Assembly (NCBI GenBank): GCA_963721455.1
Contig: CAVRJG010000051.1
Location: 54,820-118,819 of the forward strand
From: an uncultured Methanosarcinaceae archaeon
GTDB lineage: Archaea; Halobacteriota; Methanosarcinia; Methanosarcinales; Methanosarcinaceae
Reading direction: 5' to 3'
Length of the DNA: 64,000 nucleotides
The translations under genes and the position numbers were made by a program. The notes below the pieces were generated by a model that made no database searches, was not told the origin of the DNA, and saw only the letters and a list, made by a program, of their open reading frames with translations. Of this stretch, positions 41,511-54,948 are shown piece after piece (the stretch's first letter is position 1; each line of letters begins with the position of its first letter).

Positions 41511-41659
41511 GGAAAATCTCCGATTTTTGTGATTTTAATAATAGAAATACCCTTAAACGATAAATTGCACATATGTACTTAAACTTTTATGTTTGATTGT
41601 AGATTTTTGAGTGTTCCAAATAATCCAGGATTTTCTCGGTAGAAGATTTTTCTAATTCG

Positions 41660-42943
41660 TTGAAGCTCTCAAATTAGAATTTTGACTTAAAAACCTATTC
41701 TTTTTTTCACTGACTCTGATAGGCACTTGTCTTTATTCGATAGTGGCAACTTTAAATAATGCCAGATATGCCGTTCTCATGGCGAAAAATAGTATGTTAT
41801 ATAAAGGAGTCCTCTTCGAGGACTCCTTCGATAACTATCTTAGCAGAGAAAGCACTTCAATTTGCCAATTCCTGCACTTCCTCTGCATTGACGATATTGC
41901 AAAGCACGTCGAGCGTACTTTTTATACCAACAAAAGTTGGCACTTTAAATACAGTGTTTCTTCTATGATAAAACTCTTTGTTGTGAAATGTTTCAGGAAA
42001 CTTTCATATGATAAAACCATTTCTTCCTTAACAGAGGAAGAAGCTATCGTGCTCTCTTTTTTTGATGAAAGCGGTCAGATTAAACTTCCTTCAGGTGGAA
42101 CCCTTCATCATTTTGTGAAGTATAGGCTTGGAGATGAAGGAATCAATGAGATAATGATGCTTTTAGGTGAAAAAATTCTCAAACTTTCTCAGAAAAAGGA
42201 AGTTAAGATCGATTCCACTCCACTTGAAGCTTCAAGATACGATAAACATGCTGATTACAATTCTCATTATGAATGCAAAATGGATAAGGCGCATATTACA
42301 ATGGTTGGAACTTACCCTGTTTTCATGACTCATACAAAAGGAGTTGCTGGTGATTCTCCAGAACTTCTCAACCATATTGAAGCTCTAAAGAAGATGAACG
42401 CTGATCTCGAATTGTATTCTGCAGATGGAGGTTATGATTCATTCCTTAATCATTCTGACATTTGGTATCATCTGGATGCAAAACCGATTATCTCCTACGC
42501 CTCAAATGCCGTAATCAATCAAGAAGGTGAAGAGGAAAGAATCAATCACTGGGTAAATAAAAAGTGGAGAATCGGCGGAGATGTTCATGCACCGATGGAA
42601 AACAAGCTCAAATTTCTATATGAGATTGGAAGGAAAGAACAGGTAGGAATGTACCTGAGAAACCAGAACATCAGAGATGAGTCATTCGATAAGCAGTACA
42701 AAAAGAGATCTGAATGTGAAAAGATACATGGACATATTAAGGGTACAGTAAAATTTGATATCAGAAGAGTGAGAAACGAGAGTAGAGGACTCTACTCTCT
42801 ATTGAGTTTCATAGCATATCAACTGCTGGTGCTGACAGAAATGCAAAATAAGGTTGGAAATAAGAATTCATTTGGGAGATACTTTTAAAGAAACGGGTGT
42901 CAAATTAGATTATAGATTTTAAGAGCTAATTTGAGATCCTCAA
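41660..42943 (+). mobile_element. insertion sequence with 18-bp imperfect terminal inverted repeats
   Basis: TTGAAGCTCTCAAATTAG (41660-77) versus CTAATTTGAGATCCTCAA (42926-43), 16/18 match, around a transposase. Confidence 0.85.
41743..42888 (+). CDS. DDE transposase (IS4/IS5-superfamily-like)
   Basis: IDSTPL, ADGGYD, YKKRSECEKIHGHIK (Y-R-E-K signature); true start may be ATG 41794. Confidence 0.9.
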   Translation: MATLNNARYAVLMAKNSMLYKGVLFEDSFDNYLSRESTSICQFLHFLCIDDIAKHVERTFYTNKSWHFKYSVSSMIKLFVVKCFRKLSYDKTISSLTEEEAIVLSFFDESGQIKLPSGGTLHHFVKYRLGDEGINEIMMLLGEKILKLSQKKEVKIDSTPLEASRYDKHADYNSHYECKMDKAHITMVGTYPVFMTHTKGVAGDSPELLNHIEALKKMNADLELYSADGGYDSFLNHSDIWYHLDAKPIISYASNAVINQEGEEERINHWVNKKWRIGGDVHAPMENKLKFLYEIGRKEQVGMYLRNQNIRDESFDKQYKKRSECEKIHGHIKGTVKFDIRRVRNESRGLYSLLSFIAYQLLVLTEMQNKVGNKNSFGRYF

Positions 42944-43006
42944 TCTAATCTGTATAATAAAAAGATAAGTTTATAACCGTAGCTGTATTGGAACTAAGAA
43001 TCACTT

Positions 43007-43318
43007 ATGAGAACAGCCACCTCTGAGATGAAAATAATGGACGCATTAGAAAAAATCTTTGGAAAAACCGCACAGATGACAGTCCTTAAGAACCTGATCG
43101 AAAACCAGAATGAACCAACCTACCTTTCAGGAATAGCTGAGGAAACTGGCCTGTCTCATTCCAGCGTATCAAGGGTTATTACACCTTTAATCGACTCTGG
43201 CGTTGTGCTAGAAAAACTACTCGGAAAGCAAATCCGAACTTTCCAGCTGAACAGGGAAAACGAGGCAACAAATTTGATTATAGATTTTTACAATAAAATC
43301 AACCAGATAATGGATTAA
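43007..43318 (+). CDS. winged-helix transcriptional regulator
   Basis: YLSGIAEETGLSHSSVSRVITPL HTH. Confidence 0.85.
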   Translation: MRTATSEMKIMDALEKIFGKTAQMTVLKNLIENQNEPTYLSGIAEETGLSHSSVSRVITPLIDSGVVLEKLLGKQIRTFQLNRENEATNLIIDFYNKINQIMD

Positions 43319-43456
43319 GTCTGAATAATAAGAAGCATGGGCAATTGAAATCCGAGAAAGGACATACCTACGGATCTTTCTTTCCAAGCTTTAAATAGAT
43401 ATAGAACTTACACATTGTAGGCTCAGAATATCTTTTTATTACTTTTTTATATTACG

Positions 43457-43582
43457 AGCTCATCCTAAAACTTATAATTTGCTTCTAAAATCTTATATTC
43501 CGAGTAATCTATCAAGTTTCTGATTGGAAAATCGTTCTGAAACTCTTACCGCTTGAGAATAAAATTGGTTTTGGGATAAGCT
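43457..43582. mobile_element. MITE family 1 (126 bp, complete)
   Basis: Terminal IR AGCTCATCCTAAAAC / GTTTTGGGATAAGCT (13/15); partial copies at 51403-51452 and 55389-55480. Confidence 0.8.
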
Positions 43583-43681
43583 AATTAATAATATTTTTGT
43601 AAAGGCATATTTTCCGTATATTATACACCAGCTTTCTTGTATTAAAGATTCATTTGTATACCTGCTATTTCAACGCGGTTT

Positions 43682-44092
43682 TCAGGAAGTATTTCTCTTC
43701 TTTTCTAAAAGTACCCACAACCTTTCGCACTCCTCAGAGGTCAACCCTATCTGTTTGACCAGATATTCCTCCGTTTTTTGGTTTTTTACCGTGTTTCTTA
43801 TCAAATGGCTTATTGTATCCCTGTGGTGCCCTGTTATCCGTTCAATACTACGTATTCCATTTTTTTCAATAAAAAGCCGGTATATCAGCTTTATCTCATC
43901 GCCTGACAGATGTTTGTGATATACAGCGGTACCTATCGTGTCCATAAAGAATTTCCCGCAATGTTTACAGTAGTACCGCTGGTGGCCGGTTTTATACTTC
44001 CCCCGCTTTATAATAGCTTTTCCTTCCACCTTGAGATAACATTCACATTTAGGATTTGGGCACGCAACTTCATTTAGGTTCTCAACTTGCAT
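43682..44092 (-). CDS. IS1-family InsA-like protein (zinc ribbon + HTH, no DDE domain)
   Basis: CPNPKC...QRYYCKHCGKFF...GIRSIERITGHHRDTI. Confidence 0.8.
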   Translation of the reverse strand: MQVENLNEVACPNPKCECYLKVEGKAIIKRGKYKTGHQRYYCKHCGKFFMDTIGTAVYHKHLSGDEIKLIYRLFIEKNGIRSIERITGHHRDTISHLIRNTVKNQKTEEYLVKQIGLTSEECERLWVLLEKKRNTS

Positions 44093-44174
44093 AATTTAAT
44101 CACTGAGTTGCAACTTAATGAATATATTTTTTGTCCAGGTCAGTTTCAGACACTTTTCATCAAGAGCAAAGAGA

Positions 44175-44270
44175 GGGCGTGTCAATGAGTTGTTGAAAAT
44201 TGTAAATACAAGAATCTCTCTAAACTTTCCTAAAAATGGAAAGTATACTCGCTTTCAGATTTGATCAATT
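44175..44270. mobile_element. MITE family 4, truncated copy
   Basis: Aligns with 55769-55866 (TGAGTT.TTGAAAA..GTAAA.ACAAGAATCTCTCTA...TACTCGCTTT...TTGATCAAT). Confidence 0.6.
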
Positions 44271-44604
44271 CATGAAAAAAATACAGATAATAATATATAA
44301 GACTTGACTTTATAACGAAGCGATTTGCACTAGAATAGAATACTTTGCTATATTAGAATACTTTGCGATTTATTACTCTAGTTTTATACTACTTCATTGG
44401 TCATCGGTTAAGGAATTTTTTTGCCTGAGGACTGTCGATTTTGGATCAGAAGTCTGCCTCAAATTTTGCCCGCTTTACCTCAAATCGATACCTTGCTTCA
44501 TCCCCTGCTCTGTTAAAATCTTGAACATCTGTTGTAGAAATGGATGCAATTTATCATGATTCCTCACTTAACCGAAGACGCATGAAACAATATTATAAAC
44601 AGAG

Positions 44605-45054
44605 TCAGCCACATATACTTTTTTTCCGTATGCAGTTGCTGCAAATGCCAAATATGTTAAAATTCCATCCTCCAGCAGAAAAATCTGCTTCATTTGACAT
44701 CCGATCCACAATTTCTGAAATCATGGGGTCTGTGCAGTCATTGATACTTTTGCACTGAAGGCAAACCAGATGTGCGTGTGGCTTCATATTGAGATCAAAT
44801 CTGGCCTGATCTTTCTCTAAATTTAATTCCTGGATCAAACCTGCCTCTTTCAAGATTTGAACAGTTTTATAAATTGTTGCAAGACTGACTGTTGGATAGA
44901 CCTTCTTGACTTCGCTATAAATTCTCTGGGCCGTTGGATGGGCATGAGTGTGGAGAACAAATTGACCGATCGCTATTCTCTGGGGCGTAGCCTTGTATCC
45001 TTTTTCGCGGAGAGCTTTGATTATGGATGAGTCTGAGTCTTGAAGGCTATTCAT
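44605..45054 (-). CDS. Fur family regulator, PerR-like
   Basis: TPQR, HPTA, SLATIYK, HAHLVCLQC, CSNC; divergent from katG. Confidence 0.92.
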   Translation of the reverse strand: MNSLQDSDSSIIKALREKGYKATPQRIAIGQFVLHTHAHPTAQRIYSEVKKVYPTVSLATIYKTVQILKEAGLIQELNLEKDQARFDLNMKPHAHLVCLQCKSINDCTDPMISEIVDRMSNEADFSAGGWNFNIFGICSNCIRKKSICG

Positions 45055-45059
45055 AGCTC

Positions 45060-45075
45060 ATTATTATGTAATAAT
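45060..45075. promoter_or_regulatory. candidate PerR/Fur operator
   Basis: Perfect palindrome ATTATTA-TG-TAATAAT immediately upstream of the Fur-family start codon. Confidence 0.45.
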
Positions 45076-45491
45076 CAATATTAAATAGATATCCGCGGTT
45101 ATAGTAGTTGAATATTGAACTGTAATAAGTTCTTCAAGGATAGTAAATTATTAGTAATGATTAGAGGAGGAAATATAGCCAGAATCGGAGTCGTAAGACC
45201 TAAAGTAACGAACTTCCAGGATTGAAAAGGCAAATTCGACAAGAGGATGACGGTTTGAAAGAATAGCGGATGGACCTTACATGAGCTGTATTATGATGAA
45301 GCCTATTAAGAGGCTTTGTCGTTCAACCTTAAAAGATGACAAATTGTACATGGCAAAACAGCATGTAAGAATTTCAAGCTCTTGGAAAGCGGACCGAAAT
45401 TAAGCCCTATGGCAATCGGCATTCAATTCTCCCAAGAGGAGACAAGATTGAAGAGATTGCATACTAGAGATTTGGTCTTGAATTTTAGTAA

Positions 45492-47702
<2,211 letters not shown>

Positions 47703-47727
47703 TCGTAGCATAAATGTCTTCAAGGGC

Positions 47728-47934
47728 TTGAAGATCTTCAAAACAAACGACTTTGCTCAGGCTGGAGAAAGGTATCGGTCGCTTGACAAGACAGGGCAGA
47801 AACATATGATTGGCAACCTTGTGGCGGACCTGAGCCATGTCACCATTCCAGCTATTTAGAGACGTGCAATCGAAAACTTGCGGTAGGCTGATGAGACTTT
47901 TGCAGCATCTGTGGCAAAAGGATTGGGCCTTTAG
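47728..47934 (+). pseudogene. 3' remnant of a monofunctional heme catalase (KatE/KatA type)
   Basis: KIFKTNDFAQAGERYRSLDKTGQKHMIGNLVADLSHVTIPAI*RRAIENLR*ADETFAASVAKGLGL*, catalase C-terminal helical domain with two internal TAG stops. Confidence 0.8.
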
Positions 47935-48039
47935 ATGTTGAGTGGAGCCTGATAGACTTGGTTGATCTATGAAGCGGCTCAGATCATTCAGGTTCCTCTT
48001 GATTTATAAGCCTTGAATTAGATATGGTGAAAGAATAAA

Positions 48040-48190
48040 GGGTTCTGTTGCAAAAATAATTTTTCTACCCTTTTAGGCTATAATAATTTCTTTTTGTGTT
48101 ATTATTGATCTGCTTATGACATCTTAATATCCCAATTGTGATGTTTTTCACTGGTTTGGTAAAACAGCCCGAGTTTTTGCAACAGAACCC
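48040..48190. mobile_element. MITE family 2 (151 bp)
   Basis: Perfect 17-bp IR GGGTTCTGTTGCAAAAA / TTTTTGCAACAGAACCC, non-coding interior, 3 nt from the arsA stop. Confidence 0.85.
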
Positions 48191-48193
48191 ATA

Positions 48194-49948
48194 TTACTGT
48201 ATTAAATCTAGTAGCTTTTCATCTTTGATTTCATCTGCTTTCCATTCTATGACTGCAAAATTTCCATTGGAATGTTTGTCAACCTTGTTTATCCATTCAA
48301 TTTCATTGCTGGCCTTCGCTGTGAGCGTTTTATTCGTTGTTGCAGTTGCATATAAACTGGCATTGATTATCCACCATTTGCTATTGATTCCTGCACGTTT
48401 CAGGTCAGACTCAAGCCGCATTGCCTCGTACACAGGTGTAGTTTCTGCTAATGTAATGATTAGAACCTCGGTTTCATCAGCGTTTCTCAACCTGGGTAAC
48501 AAATTTTTAACCGATTCTGGGATGTTACTTTGCAAACGACTGATTTCTCTATGATAACTCTGGGTTGAATCGAGAAGTAAAAGAGTATGTCCTGTGGGTG
48601 CTGTATCAATAACAACAACCTCATTTTTAGCTTTCTCTACAACTCGAGCAAACGCTCTGAAAACAGCAATTTCCTGGGTACAGGGTGACCTTAAATCTTC
48701 TTCGACATAGGCGATATCATCTTCACCCATTGTTTCCCTTGCTTTGGTGAGCACTTCCTCTTTGTATTTAGCAAGCTCTGCCTCTTCGTCAATCCTACTT
48801 ACTGTGATATCATTACTTTCTTCAATAACGAATTTAATATGTGCTGCAGGATCTGTCGTTGTGAGGTGAACTTTAGCACCCTTTCGAGCCATACCTAATG
48901 CAATTGCTGCTGCAATCGTTGTTTTTCCCACTCCACCTTTACCCATGGTGAATATTACTTTTTTGCCAGAAGTATATAGGTCATCTATAACATTTTTGAG
49001 TTTAGGAATCCGCTTAGAATTGATCTTCTCATCACTAATTTTATCGTTATCCCGATGTAAGAATGCTCTTACGTTATCTATGCCTGTAATATTATACGCT
49101 CTAAGAGGGATTTCATAGGTCACAAAGTTTTTTAAACCAATGGGCATACTTTTCAAAGCCTCTTGTTGCTTATCAAAAAGGCTCTGAGATACGGTATCAT
49201 CATAGCTTTGCAATACACCATTGATTATAAGTATTTGATTATTAACACCTAACTCCTTAAGTTCCTGTGAAGCCCTTTCAGCTTCTTTAAGAGGTTCTTT
49301 TTCCGGGCGGGAAACAAGAATAAGAGTAGTCATATTTTTATTAGACAATGTTTCGACGGCTTGCTTATAAATCTCTTTTTTACTTTCAAGCCCGGAAAGT
49401 TGACCTAAACAAGATGCTCCATGTGTACTTTCGCTTATGAAATTACTCCAGGCTGAAGGCAACTGCATCAATCGAAGAGTGTGCCCAGTAGGGGCTGTAT
49501 CAAAAATGATGTAGTCATATTCTTGCTCAGTCTTTTCATCAGTTATAAATGCTGAAAACTCATTAAAGGCCGCGATTTCAACAGAACACGAACCGGAAAG
49601 CTGTTCCTCCATATTTTGAATTACTACCTCAGGCAGCTTCCCTCTATAGGGTGCGACAATACTTTCTTTATATTCCTGGGCAGCTTCTTCAGGATCAATA
49701 TTGACCACAATCAAATTGGGCACATCTTTTATGGAAACTCCTTTATTATTTAACTCGGCGTTAAATACATCTTGCAGATTTGAGGCCGGATCAGTACTGA
49801 TCAGCAAAACCATTTTCCCTTCGTCCGCCAGAGTTACAGCAGTAGCACAAGCAGTGGAAGTTTTTCCAACGCCACCTTTACCCGTAAAAAATAAATATTT
49901 AGTAAGTTTTATTTGTTTAAGATTAAACGCTTCAAACAATATACTCAC
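48194..49948 (-). CDS. arsA: arsenite-activated ATPase
   Basis: Two GKGGVGKT and two DTAPTGH motifs, SGSC and GASCLG cysteines. Confidence 0.96.
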   Translation of the reverse strand: MSILFEAFNLKQIKLTKYLFFTGKGGVGKTSTACATAVTLADEGKMVLLISTDPASNLQDVFNAELNNKGVSIKDVPNLIVVNIDPEEAAQEYKESIVAPYRGKLPEVVIQNMEEQLSGSCSVEIAAFNEFSAFITDEKTEQEYDYIIFDTAPTGHTLRLMQLPSAWSNFISESTHGASCLGQLSGLESKKEIYKQAVETLSNKNMTTLILVSRPEKEPLKEAERASQELKELGVNNQILIINGVLQSYDDTVSQSLFDKQQEALKSMPIGLKNFVTYEIPLRAYNITGIDNVRAFLHRDNDKISDEKINSKRIPKLKNVIDDLYTSGKKVIFTMGKGGVGKTTIAAAIALGMARKGAKVHLTTTDPAAHIKFVIEESNDITVSRIDEEAELAKYKEEVLTKARETMGEDDIAYVEEDLRSPCTQEIAVFRAFARVVEKAKNEVVVIDTAPTGHTLLLLDSTQSYHREISRLQSNIPESVKNLLPRLRNADETEVLIITLAETTPVYEAMRLESDLKRAGINSKWWIINASLYATATTNKTLTAKASNEIEWINKVDKHSNGNFAVIEWKADEIKDEKLLDLIQ

Positions 49949-49963
49949 CTAGATGGCTTAATA

Positions 49964-50335
49964 TTAACAACATCCATCGTCACAACAGGAACGCTTCGCC
50001 GCAGGCTTTCCTTTTGCTTTTAAATAATTTTCTGGCACATCCAATAATTTAAGCAACTCATCGTTTGTAGGATATTTCTTGGTCTTGACCACTTTACCGT
50101 CAACAATAGTTACAGGTAACGCATCAACCCCGTCTCGGTTCAGTATTTCGCTTATAACTATGTTATCTGCAAAGGCTTGCGGATTACTGTTAAGGTTATA
50201 TCTTTCAACCTTTACACCATTTATTTGTAAATTACTTATAGCTGTTGATATCCTTAAAAGCTCCACGTCAATTACAGGTCCACATAAACCCGTGGAACAA
50301 CACATTGCAGGCTCAAAAATTATCATTTTCACCAT
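49964..50335 (-). CDS. arsD: arsenite metallochaperone
   Basis: FEPAMCCSTGLCG, RYNL..NP..F, C-terminal CC..CC. Confidence 0.94.
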   Translation of the reverse strand: MVKMIIFEPAMCCSTGLCGPVIDVELLRISTAISNLQINGVKVERYNLNSNPQAFADNIVISEILNRDGVDALPVTIVDGKVVKTKKYPTNDELLKLLDVPENYLKAKGKPAAKRSCCDDGCC

Positions 50336-50840
50336 AAAATATCTCTCCTTTGATTTTGATGTTATTTCCACTGATATTCTCTTGGCTTGATTATTCATTC
50401 AGCTTATCCATGTCGCTTAATCTCTTTCTCAATTTTGTCTATTTGAGCACACTTTATTTTTATCACATATCAATATATAATTATATAAAAATATACGGCA
50501 ATATGATATAAAGGTTATTAATACAAAAAATAGTGTATTCAAATACCTATCACTCGATTTTGTAATTGGTTGTAATCTTCGAGATAATACTTCTGGATTG
50601 AAGTATTTAGATGTTGAATATTGACTTTGATTGAAGATCGGATTCTTCTTGTGAATTCAGATTTTCAATCACAAAATGAAAAAATCACTTTAAATATAGA
50701 TTGAAAATTATTCCGAAATTCAGGTATAAATTAATCGCGTTGTAGAATATTTTACTCCCATTGTAGAATCAAATGTAGTTTTGAGATAGTCTGTTTTGAA
50801 GCTTTTTTCTTGAAATATCTTGCTGAAAAAAGAATCCAAA

Positions 50841-51332
50841 TTATTCTCTGTATTTTATAACTTTTGCAGGGTTCCCTACCACAATTGCGTTTTCCGGAAT
50901 ATCTCTCGTAACTACGGAACCGGCTCCTATTACTGCACCGTCGCCAATACAAACTCCTTTTAAGATAGTTGCGTTCGCTCCAATCCATACATCGTTTCCT
51001 ATTGTTATGGGCATTCTAATATCGGGCTGTTTTCGGATGAGCTCTCCTCTCCGAATTCCTTTGTCTTTACCCCATATTACGGTTTTGGGGCCAATCAGAA
51101 CATCATTTCCGATTATGATTTCACCTAAAATATGGCAACCTGTGTTCATGTAAAAGTTATTTCCAATTGTTATTTCTGGATCTCCTATTAGCCTACAGTA
51201 TGGATCTATTTGAGCTCTGCCTGCGAAATTCACTCCTGAAAATGTGCAATTATTATGAATCACAACACCTTTTCTTCTTAACAAAAGCTTTTTTACGAAT
51301 AATCGCGCTTTGTTTGGTATATTTTTAGGCAT
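50841..51332 (-). CDS. hexapeptide-repeat (LbH) acyltransferase
   Basis: [31 protein letters not shown]...GNPA. Confidence 0.9.
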   Translation of the reverse strand: MPKNIPNKARLFVKKLLLRRKGVVIHNNCTFSGVNFAGRAQIDPYCRLIGDPEITIGNNFYMNTGCHILGEIIIGNDVLIGPKTVIWGKDKGIRRGELIRKQPDIRMPITIGNDVWIGANATILKGVCIGDGAVIGAGSVVTRDIPENAIVVGNPAKVIKYRE

Positions 51333-51402
51333 ACTTCATTACCATCTTTAGCTTACTTTACAAAAACATTAATCACAATGGAAACGACTAAACTTTCTTT
51401 TT

Positions 51403-51452
51403 GAGCTTATCCTAAACCAATTTTGTCCTTGCTCATCAAAAATTTTCAGGAT
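51403..51452. mobile_element. MITE family 1, end fragment
   Basis: GAGCTTATCCTAAACCAATTTT...CATCAAAAATTTT matches the 55389 and 43582 ends. Confidence 0.55.
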
Positions 51453-51482
51453 ACTGCCAAAAAGGTAGTGATGTTAAAAGAT

Positions 51483-53414
51483 TTACTTAGGTATAATTTC
51501 TCTCATTCCCACTCCCATCACCAGTAGATTTGTCTCCATGGGAGGATGGTTCCAGCCATCAGGAGTGATAGTCTTTTTCTCAAGTGAAATTTCAACCTGG
51601 TTCCCGCTGAGGCCGCAATCTTTCATATAATCTTCAACAAGCTTTTTCCCAATTTCTGTTGCTGTTTCAAGAGCTTCCGAATAAGTCTCGAACCTCAGCC
51701 TGCTGTCGGGAGCAAAGACAAGGAAATCCCTATCTGGGGACATTAGGCTTGCTGGCCTTATGAGAATTTCAGCTCTTTTGATGCCTTTTCCTACAAGTGC
51801 CCCTATAGCATTCCCTACCTCGGCATGTTCAGGAACCAGGATGTCGGCGTCTATCAACTCTTCCAATTCTTTCCTGTGCGCCCGGACAGGGCCTCCAAGG
51901 AGGACAACAGGGATTCCAAGTTTGAATTTTACAGGATAGTTCCCGTCCAGAATCTTTTCAACAGCTGTTTCCGGAACTCCTGCCAGGATATACGAGAGCA
52001 GATGAAGGGCCATGTTCCTAGCAACCCTCTTTTTTACGGCGGTGCAGAACTCCCCTGGGGTCATGCGCATGAGCCTTGCAAGTCTTTCTGCTCCAATACG
52101 GGAAGCTTCTTTGTTCCAGACTGTGTATTCTCCAAGCACATGCAAAGCGTCTGTAGGAGTAAAACCAATTACCTGGACAAGGCGTTTTTTGATCAGAGTA
52201 TCAAGAGTTTGAGGGTGAAGGTCTTTTCTTATAAGGGCTGAAATTTCCGGCACTGAAACTGGTTCGTCTCCTATAACTTCCAGCACCTCGGCTTCGATCC
52301 TGCTCAGTTCTCCTGCCGGATAGCCTGATCTTACAAAAAACTTTGTGGGCTGAATGTTTTCTCCGAGGTCTTCTCTTGGAGGTATAGGTGTCCTTTTGAG
52401 GTTATTCAGAAACCCCTGATACTTCACTGCAGCTACTGCCAGAGGCATAACCCGTCTGGGCCCGAGGAAGAGTTTCCTATCTACTACCCAGATATGGCTA
52501 TCTCCGCCTGTAGCCGTTGTCTCCATCCTTATTGCCCGAACTCGGGTCTTCCAGCCTCCCACAATGGCTCCTTCGTCGCTCAGGTCAGGAACACCCATAC
52601 AGATTGAGGAGATATCGGTACTTGTCCCTCCCACATCTACAACCGCGCAGGTCTTAAGCCCTGAAAGGTAAGAAGCCCCTACAAGGCTTGCTGCTGGGCC
52701 TGAAAAGATCGTTTCTATTGGTTTTTTCAGGGCATCTCTTATCCCAACTACCGAACCGTCGCATTTGAGCATAAGGAGCCGGGCATTAATCCCACGGTTC
52801 GTGATATCTGAAATAATTGACTGCACAAATTGTCTTGTTATAGGGATTAGTTGGGCATTGAGAAAAGCCGTTACTGCTCTTTCGTAAGCCCCAAGCTCCT
52901 GGGAAAGTTCATGTCCGCAAACCGCAGGTAGCCCCGTAAGCTCAAGAATCCTGTCCCTGGCTTTTATTTCGTGTTCAGGGTTCCTCGTGCTGAAAAAAGA
53001 CGATATGGCAAAAGCTGAAACTTTACCTTTCGCCTTCAGGGCAAAATTCTCAATAGCTTCAAGGTCAAGGGCAGCAACCTCTTCTCCATTGTGATTATGT
53101 CCACCTGTAACGAAAAGTACATGTTCGGTTGGCACTTCCTTTCCAAGAGGATGATCTCCTATAAGAATCAGGGCTACTGGAAAACCTGTGCCTTCAAGGA
53201 TAGTGTTGGTGGAAAGAGTTGTGGAAACCGAGACTAGCTTTACGTTTTCGATATATTCAGAATTCAGGCCGTCTATTACGTTTTTGATGCCTTCAAGAGG
53301 ATCAGGATAGGTGGTAAGCGCTTTATTTGAATCGACAATGGCACCGTCCGTATCCCTTATAAGCACCTCATCGGTGTAAGTACCTCCTGCATCAATCCCA
53401 AGGCTGTATTGCAT
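51483..53414 (-). CDS. hydantoinase/oxoprolinase family protein
   Basis: GIDAGGTYTD, STTLSTN, SGPAAS, DVGGTSTD, TPTDALH. Confidence 0.92.
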   Translation of the reverse strand: MQYSLGIDAGGTYTDEVLIRDTDGAIVDSNKALTTYPDPLEGIKNVIDGLNSEYIENVKLVSVSTTLSTNTILEGTGFPVALILIGDHPLGKEVPTEHVLFVTGGHNHNGEEVAALDLEAIENFALKAKGKVSAFAISSFFSTRNPEHEIKARDRILELTGLPAVCGHELSQELGAYERAVTAFLNAQLIPITRQFVQSIISDITNRGINARLLMLKCDGSVVGIRDALKKPIETIFSGPAASLVGASYLSGLKTCAVVDVGGTSTDISSICMGVPDLSDEGAIVGGWKTRVRAIRMETTATGGDSHIWVVDRKLFLGPRRVMPLAVAAVKYQGFLNNLKRTPIPPREDLGENIQPTKFFVRSGYPAGELSRIEAEVLEVIGDEPVSVPEISALIRKDLHPQTLDTLIKKRLVQVIGFTPTDALHVLGEYTVWNKEASRIGAERLARLMRMTPGEFCTAVKKRVARNMALHLLSYILAGVPETAVEKILDGNYPVKFKLGIPVVLLGGPVRAHRKELEELIDADILVPEHAEVGNAIGALVGKGIKRAEILIRPASLMSPDRDFLVFAPDSRLRFETYSEALETATEIGKKLVEDYMKDCGLSGNQVEISLEKKTITPDGWNHPPMETNLLVMGVGMREIIPK

Positions 53415-53709
53415 GTTGAAAACGACTCCTTTTTTTACTTTATGAAAAATATGTATTGATTTCTCGGCTAGGTTTCATTTATACGCTGGATGAATGGACA
53501 TCGGATTTTAATAAAGAATGGGCAACAAAAGATAAATAAAAGGATAAATCCGAATGAACGGATAAACCCCTTAAACACAGAGAGTATAGCTCCATGTAAG
53601 TGCAGCATTAATTGACTGTAAAAACTGAACTGCAGATAGTTAAATGCCTCTCCAGATTTTGTTTTCCAGACTTGGCTAAACTCTTAATTTTCAGCAAAGA
53701 TGTGAGCTA

Positions 53710-54774
53710 TTATTCTCCACACATTTTGAAGTTAATACAATATTTCTTTCTCCAGTAAAGTGCGACATTCACAAGTCCTATCATAACTGGCACTTCAATC
53801 AAAGGGCCTACTACCGCTGCAAATGCCTGCCCGGAATCGATGCCAAAAACCGCTACTGCTACTGCAATCGCCAGTTCGAAGTTATTGCTGGCTGCGGTAA
53901 AAGAAAGGGATGTGGTCTGTCCATAGTTTACCCCCAATTTCATAGAGATAAAAAAGGAGACACTAAACATAATTACAAAATAGATTAAGAGGGGAATTGC
54001 AATCCTTACTACATCTAAAGGAAGGGCAACAATATATTCGCCTTTTAAAGAAAACATCACGATAATCGTGAACAGCAGGGCATAAAGTGCAATTGGACCT
54101 GATTTAGGAACGAATGTGCCGTCATACCATTCGGCTCCTTTTGCTGGACGCAGGAAGTAACGGGTTAAAAAGCCAGCAGTAAAGGGAATTCCCAGGTAGA
54201 TGGCAACACTCTGGGCAACTTCTCCCATAGATACATTTACTTCCATACCACTAAGCCCCAGCCACTCAGGCAGTATGGTTATAAAGAAATAAGCAAAAAC
54301 GGAGTAAAAGACTACCTGAAAGATTGAATTGAAGGCGACTAGAGCAGCAGCATACTCATTGTCCCCATCTGCCAGGGTATTCCAGACAATCACCATGGCT
54401 ATGCACCTGGCCAGACCAATTAGAATAACACCTACCATGTATTCCGGGTATCCCCTGAGAAATACAATCGCCAGGATAAACATCAGAATCGGGCCAATGA
54501 CCCAGTTTTGCAGTAAAGATAAACCTAATACCTTACGATTCTTGAACACCTTACCTAATTCCTCATATTTAACCCGTGCCAGGGGAGGATACATCATAAC
54601 TATCAAACCAATGGCAATGGGAATGGATGTGGTGCCAATAGATAGGCTCTTTAAAAATTCTGCAAAGCCCGGATAAACAAAGCCCAGGGCTACACCAACA
54701 AACATAGCCAGAAAGATCCACAGGGTTAAATAACGATTGAGAAACGACAATTTTGATACAACAGATTTTTCCAA
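53710..54774 (-). CDS. acr3: ACR3 family arsenite efflux transporter
   Basis: [34 protein letters not shown]. Confidence 0.95.
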   Translation of the reverse strand: MEKSVVSKLSFLNRYLTLWIFLAMFVGVALGFVYPGFAEFLKSLSIGTTSIPIAIGLIVMMYPPLARVKYEELGKVFKNRKVLGLSLLQNWVIGPILMFILAIVFLRGYPEYMVGVILIGLARCIAMVIVWNTLADGDNEYAAALVAFNSIFQVVFYSVFAYFFITILPEWLGLSGMEVNVSMGEVAQSVAIYLGIPFTAGFLTRYFLRPAKGAEWYDGTFVPKSGPIALYALLFTIIVMFSLKGEYIVALPLDVVRIAIPLLIYFVIMFSVSFFISMKLGVNYGQTTSLSFTAASNNFELAIAVAVAVFGIDSGQAFAAVVGPLIEVPVMIGLVNVALYWRKKYCINFKMCGE

Positions 54775-54948
54775 AATAAACACCTGCATTCCTTTTAGTA
54801 AACCTGATTATTTTTTTTCCATCTGATAGCCACTTGAAATTTATTGTCTTCAGAGAATTTCGATAAACCTCAATATTTGGCTGATTATTTATAAGGAGTA
54901 TATAAGCAATTTATTGAAATCAGAGGTTTATCGAAATTTTCTTCAATA

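Noticed and set aside
41645-42955. Target-site duplication around the IS
   Set aside because: TCTAAT occurs on both sides but is offset by 3 nt on the left, so it is not a clean TSD.
45160-45480. Possible decayed small gene between perR and katG (GGAGG followed by ATAGCCAGAATC...)
   Set aside because: Frames are broken by stops and I cannot assign a family with confidence.
47857-47886. In-frame TAG codons in the catalase relic as pyrrolysine sites
   Set aside because: The fragment lacks the whole catalytic domain; ordinary nonsense mutations in a dead gene explain them.
50841-51332. Acyltransferase as ArsN
   Set aside because: ArsN enzymes have a GNAT fold; this is a hexapeptide-repeat LbH protein.
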